DNA of 64,000 nucleotides from a virus (Duplodnaviria; Caudoviricetes): IMG/VR virus record IMGVR_UViG_3300036768_000367, positions 1,057 to 65,056 of that record; one strand, 5' to 3'. Shown piece by piece: positions 61,043 to 64,000 of this stretch (position 1 is its first letter; each line of letters starts with the position of its first letter). The notes under the pieces were generated by a model. It saw only the letters and a program-made list of their open reading frames with translations, ran no database searches and was not told where the DNA came from. The position numbers and the translations under genes were made by a program.

Positions 61043-63589
61043 ATGGCCAATAATATTCCAGGTATACTTCGTAGAGTACAACCAAATGTATTCACCAGAG
61101 TTCGTACAAGACAGCGTGTAAATGTAGCGCCTGGTGGTGCTAGAATCGCTTGCATCATTGGTGAAGGTGAAACAGAAGAAACGTTAGTTGTAGCCGCCAT
61201 AGGAGGTGGTAAAGACGGTGTTAATGCTGACTTCTCTGGCAGTGATAACCCAGATGGTCGTCACTTTGCTCTTAGTACTGGAAATCTCGTTTCTAACCGC
61301 GTTTCTATTTTAAAGAACGGTGTTCCTCTCACTGTTTTAGAAGGTACTATTGGTACAGATTCATTCGACTCTCGCTATGATTGCAGAGTTGATATTGTAA
61401 ATGGCCGTCTAGAACTACAAAGATCTTATTTAGTAGACTTTGGTGGTAATGGTGTAACTACTCGCTATTGGAAATCTGGCCTTAACAATGTAGGCAATGG
61501 CACTCCAACAGTCACGGCGTCTTCATTGGTAAGTGCAAGTGCTCCAGCAGAAGTTTGGACAGCTCGTGTTATTAGTATTGTAAAAGATGGTTATGGCAAC
61601 CCAATTCCTGGTGAAGCCGTAATTTCAGTTTCTGGCTCAGTATCTGGTGTCATTAAAGACGCAAATGGTAACCCAATCCGTTGGAAGTCTGATGGCGTTG
61701 CTGTAAGTAATGGTATTTTAAACATTTCATTCGCAGAAGGCGTCGTTCCCTATCAGGTTGGTGATAAATTCACCATCCAGGTTGCCTCTGGTGTACTAGC
61801 CAAAAATGATGAGCTTGTAGCCAAGTACATTGCAGAAGCAGACTTGAATGATCCAGAATTATTTTTAACTCCAGCAGATCTTTTCAGTAAGCATGGACAA
61901 CCAAGCGAATCTAACAATCTTTCCCTCGGTGCTGCTATGGCATTTGAAAATGGCGCTCCAGCTGTTTTTGCAATTCAAGCCAAGCCTTCAGTACCACGTA
62001 AAACCTGTGTAACTTTGCTAGAAGCAGATAATCCACTGACCGTTGGTGTTGAGGGTGCTAGCGGCAACGAAAATTTGGGTGACTGCATTTTCCACTTACC
62101 GCTGGGTGCATTACCAGATGTTGATACCAATATAGCAGTATACATTACAAGTGCCGATGGCAGCGAAGAGCAGATCCTTTTGAATAAGGTAGCCTTCTAT
62201 AATAGCTCATGGTCCACAACAGCTTCTGCATACACCAATTTCGTAACTGGCGCTTTCTCCGAAAGCTATACTGTATTTAATGCAGCTCAAGTAGAACAAG
62301 ATGGTACTGATGGATACTTTACCTCTACTGGTGTAAGCACAGCCTCTTTTACATCCCCAAGCTTGCAGCTTTCAGTAGATCGTGTTGATTTAAGTGAGAG
62401 TGATATCGGCAAAAAAGTTCTTAAGATTGTAAACGGCTCAGTAGTGGCTACTTATAATATTGCAGATGTTGGCGATGGCTATGGCAATACAAACAAAGCC
62501 TCTCTAACCCTAGTATCTGGTACTAATGCTACTGGTGCTGCCAGCTGGCAAGTAGTTGATCCAAATGATGTTGGTGCATACTTTGCATTAACTGATGACG
62601 TAGTAAATAATTATTTGACTGTTGGCAAAGGTCTCAAGATCTGCTACGTAGATACAAAAGACGCAGACTTCTTCGACACAAATTGGGCAGCAGCTTTTGA
62701 GGCAGCCGAATTGATCGACTGCCAATTCATAGTGCCACTTCCAAAATCAACTATCAGCAACATCTTTGCTGTAGGCAAGTCTCACGTAGAAGAGCAATCA
62801 AATATTTTGAATGCACATGAACGCATCCTGTTAATAGGCGCAATCAAGGGCCTAACTCCAGATAATTTGGTTGGTCGTGAAGATGCAGCCGTTGAGGATC
62901 TTGGTATTCTCGAAGGTATTCAGGGTGACGATCCAGAGGAAGTTTTGGGTGGTAACATTGAAGACTTGGCTAATTACAGCGTTTCTGACGCTTTTGGTGA
63001 CAGCTTCCGTGTAGTATATATGGCTCCAGATGAGATTATAAGAAACATCAATGGCACCAATACATCTCTGCACGGATTCTATCAAGCAGCTGCTTTGGCA
63101 GGGTTCTTGAGTGGTCAAACTAATATTGCTGAGCCTCCAACATTTAGAACCTTGTCTGGTTACAGCATTCCTCGCACCAAGACCTACAGACCATTCACTT
63201 TAGATGAGTTGGCTGATGCAGGTGTATTGATTACGCAACCTGTAGCTGGTGGTGGACGCATGTTGCATGGTCTAACGACAACGCAATCCAATGCTCCAGA
63301 GGAAGAAGAGATTTCTATTGTCGGAATTAGAGATCAAGTTGCTCGCTTGTTAAGAAATTCATTGCGTCCATTCGTGGGCAGAGTAAACAGCCCAACGCTA
63401 ATTAGTGAGATTAGCCAAGGCGTGGCCAAGATTCTAGCATCACTAGTATCGCAAGGTCTATTAACAAGCTTTGGAAACATCACTGTATCTAGAGATTCTG
63501 TTGAACCAAGACAGTTAAACATTGCTGCACAGATATCACCTGCTGCACCAATAAATTGGATCTACATCGATTTGGAGGTTTCGATCTAA
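61043..63589 (+). CDS. Contractile tail sheath protein
   Basis: GAGGAG RBS; N-terminal P.VF.RV..IIGEG; AMAFENGA..V; C-terminal AAALAG, LADAGV, GLTT...EEISIVGIRDQV..LR..FVG, I.P..PINWI.I. Confidence 0.9.
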   Translation: MANNIPGILRRVQPNVFTRVRTRQRVNVAPGGARIACIIGEGETEETLVVAAIGGGKDGVNADFSGSDNPDGRHFALSTGNLVSNRVSILKNGVPLTVLEGTIGTDSFDSRYDCRVDIVNGRLELQRSYLVDFGGNGVTTRYWKSGLNNVGNGTPTVTASSLVSASAPAEVWTARVISIVKDGYGNPIPGEAVISVSGSVSGVIKDANGNPIRWKSDGVAVSNGILNISFAEGVVPYQVGDKFTIQVASGVLAKNDELVAKYIAEADLNDPELFLTPADLFSKHGQPSESNNLSLGAAMAFENGAPAVFAIQAKPSVPRKTCVTLLEADNPLTVGVEGASGNENLGDCIFHLPLGALPDVDTNIAVYITSADGSEEQILLNKVAFYNSSWSTTASAYTNFVTGAFSESYTVFNAAQVEQDGTDGYFTSTGVSTASFTSPSLQLSVDRVDLSESDIGKKVLKIVNGSVVATYNIADVGDGYGNTNKASLTLVSGTNATGAASWQVVDPNDVGAYFALTDDVVNNYLTVGKGLKICYVDTKDADFFDTNWAAAFEAAELIDCQFIVPLPKSTISNIFAVGKSHVEEQSNILNAHERILLIGAIKGLTPDNLVGREDAAVEDLGILEGIQGDDPEEVLGGNIEDLANYSVSDAFGDSFRVVYMAPDEIIRNINGTNTSLHGFYQAAALAGFLSGQTNIAEPPTFRTLSGYSIPRTKTYRPFTLDELADAGVLITQPVAGGGRMLHGLTTTQSNAPEEEEISIVGIRDQVARLLRNSLRPFVGRVNSPTLISEISQGVAKILASLVSQGLLTSFGNITVSRDSVEPRQLNIAAQISPAAPINWIYIDLEVSI

Positions 63590-63675
63590 TTTATTTGGGA
63601 GGGAAACTCCGTGTCATTAGCTGCAAGAGCATTCAGGAGCCAAGATTTTTGGCTCTACTCTTATATAAGCGCTAA

Positions 63676-64000
63676 ATGAAAAAGTATAATAAGTATCATA
63701 AAGATGATGCGAGCGGAATCTATCAAATTTATTGTGAGGCTAATAACAAATCATATATTGGTCAAGCTTTTCATATTTGGAGTAGATTATGTTCGAATCA
63801 TTATAGAGTGTTAAAGAATAATAAACATCCAAATAAATACTTACAGGCAGTATGGAATAAGTATGGTATAGAAAAGTTCGAGTGGTCGGTAGTCAAATTA
63901 TGTGAAATAGATAAGCTTAATGATGAAGAGACGAGCATTATTGCACAAGTAGGTAGAATGAATCTTTTTAATTTTACGGATGGTGGGAATGACTCAAGGG
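63676..64000 (+). CDS. GIY-YIG homing endonuclease, 3'-truncated by the window edge
   Basis: SGIYQIYC..NNKSYIGQA..I.SR...H...LKNNKHPNKYLQAVWNKYG...E...FN..DGG; open to the window end (not in the supplied ORF track). Confidence 0.88.
   Translation, partial: MKKYNKYHKDDASGIYQIYCEANNKSYIGQAFHIWSRLCSNHYRVLKNNKHPNKYLQAVWNKYGIEKFEWSVVKLCEIDKLNDEETSIIAQVGRMNLFNFTDGGNDSR

Noticed and set aside
12306-63522. Numerous minus-strand ORFs of 60-190 aa in the ORF track
   Set aside because: They are antisense shadows of long Ser/Thr/Gly-rich plus-strand genes, with no RBS or recognisable motifs.
787-63589. DGY as a DNA-level repeat or restriction/methylation site (GAYGGNTAY)
   Set aside because: The copies counted are in the coding frame with free synonymous variation and no conserved flanks, which points to the peptide. 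Other frames were not counted exhaustively.
787-63589. DGY as part of DxDxDG calcium-binding loops
   Set aside because: Almost none of the sites have the upstream DxDx residues.
1-64000. Extracellular contractile injection system or prophage in a bacterial chromosome
   Set aside because: A major capsid gene, homing endonucleases and the absence of intact host housekeeping operons or an integrase indicate a large phage genome segment.
1-64000. tRNA, rRNA or group I intron
   Set aside because: No cloverleaf or intron core was recognisable by eye, and the endonuclease ORFs lie between complete genes. A covariance-model search would be needed to exclude them fully.

Overview
This window is the virion-morphogenesis region of a large (jumbo-type) contractile-tailed dsDNA phage. 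It is AT-rich and almost entirely + strand. It encodes a probable head decoration protein (787) and major capsid protein (3852), a decayed accessory island (pseudogenes of methionine aminopeptidase, GIY-YIG endonuclease and LamG), an array of small genes around a SWIM-SNF2 helicase (5.9-11.6 kb), and about 48 kb of fibre, spike, Kelch and beta-helix appendage genes with neck proteins. It ends in a putative tail terminator and the tail sheath (61043). GIY-YIG homing endonucleases, mostly degraded, are scattered through it. The most striking unexplained signal is the tripeptide Asp-Gly-Tyr (DGY): about 70 copies by hand count across 20 mostly unrelated, predominantly virion proteins, encoded by varied synonymous codons and absent from the capsid protein and the enzymes. 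This suggests a virion-wide modification or binding sequon. Other signals are ten small genes sharing only an M-K-I-x-x-Y-G N-terminus, a shared helical N-terminal leader on two unrelated proteins, a shared N-terminal anchor on four appendages, and a candidate late promoter TAYYAAT. All functional calls come from motif recognition by eye; no database searches were run.
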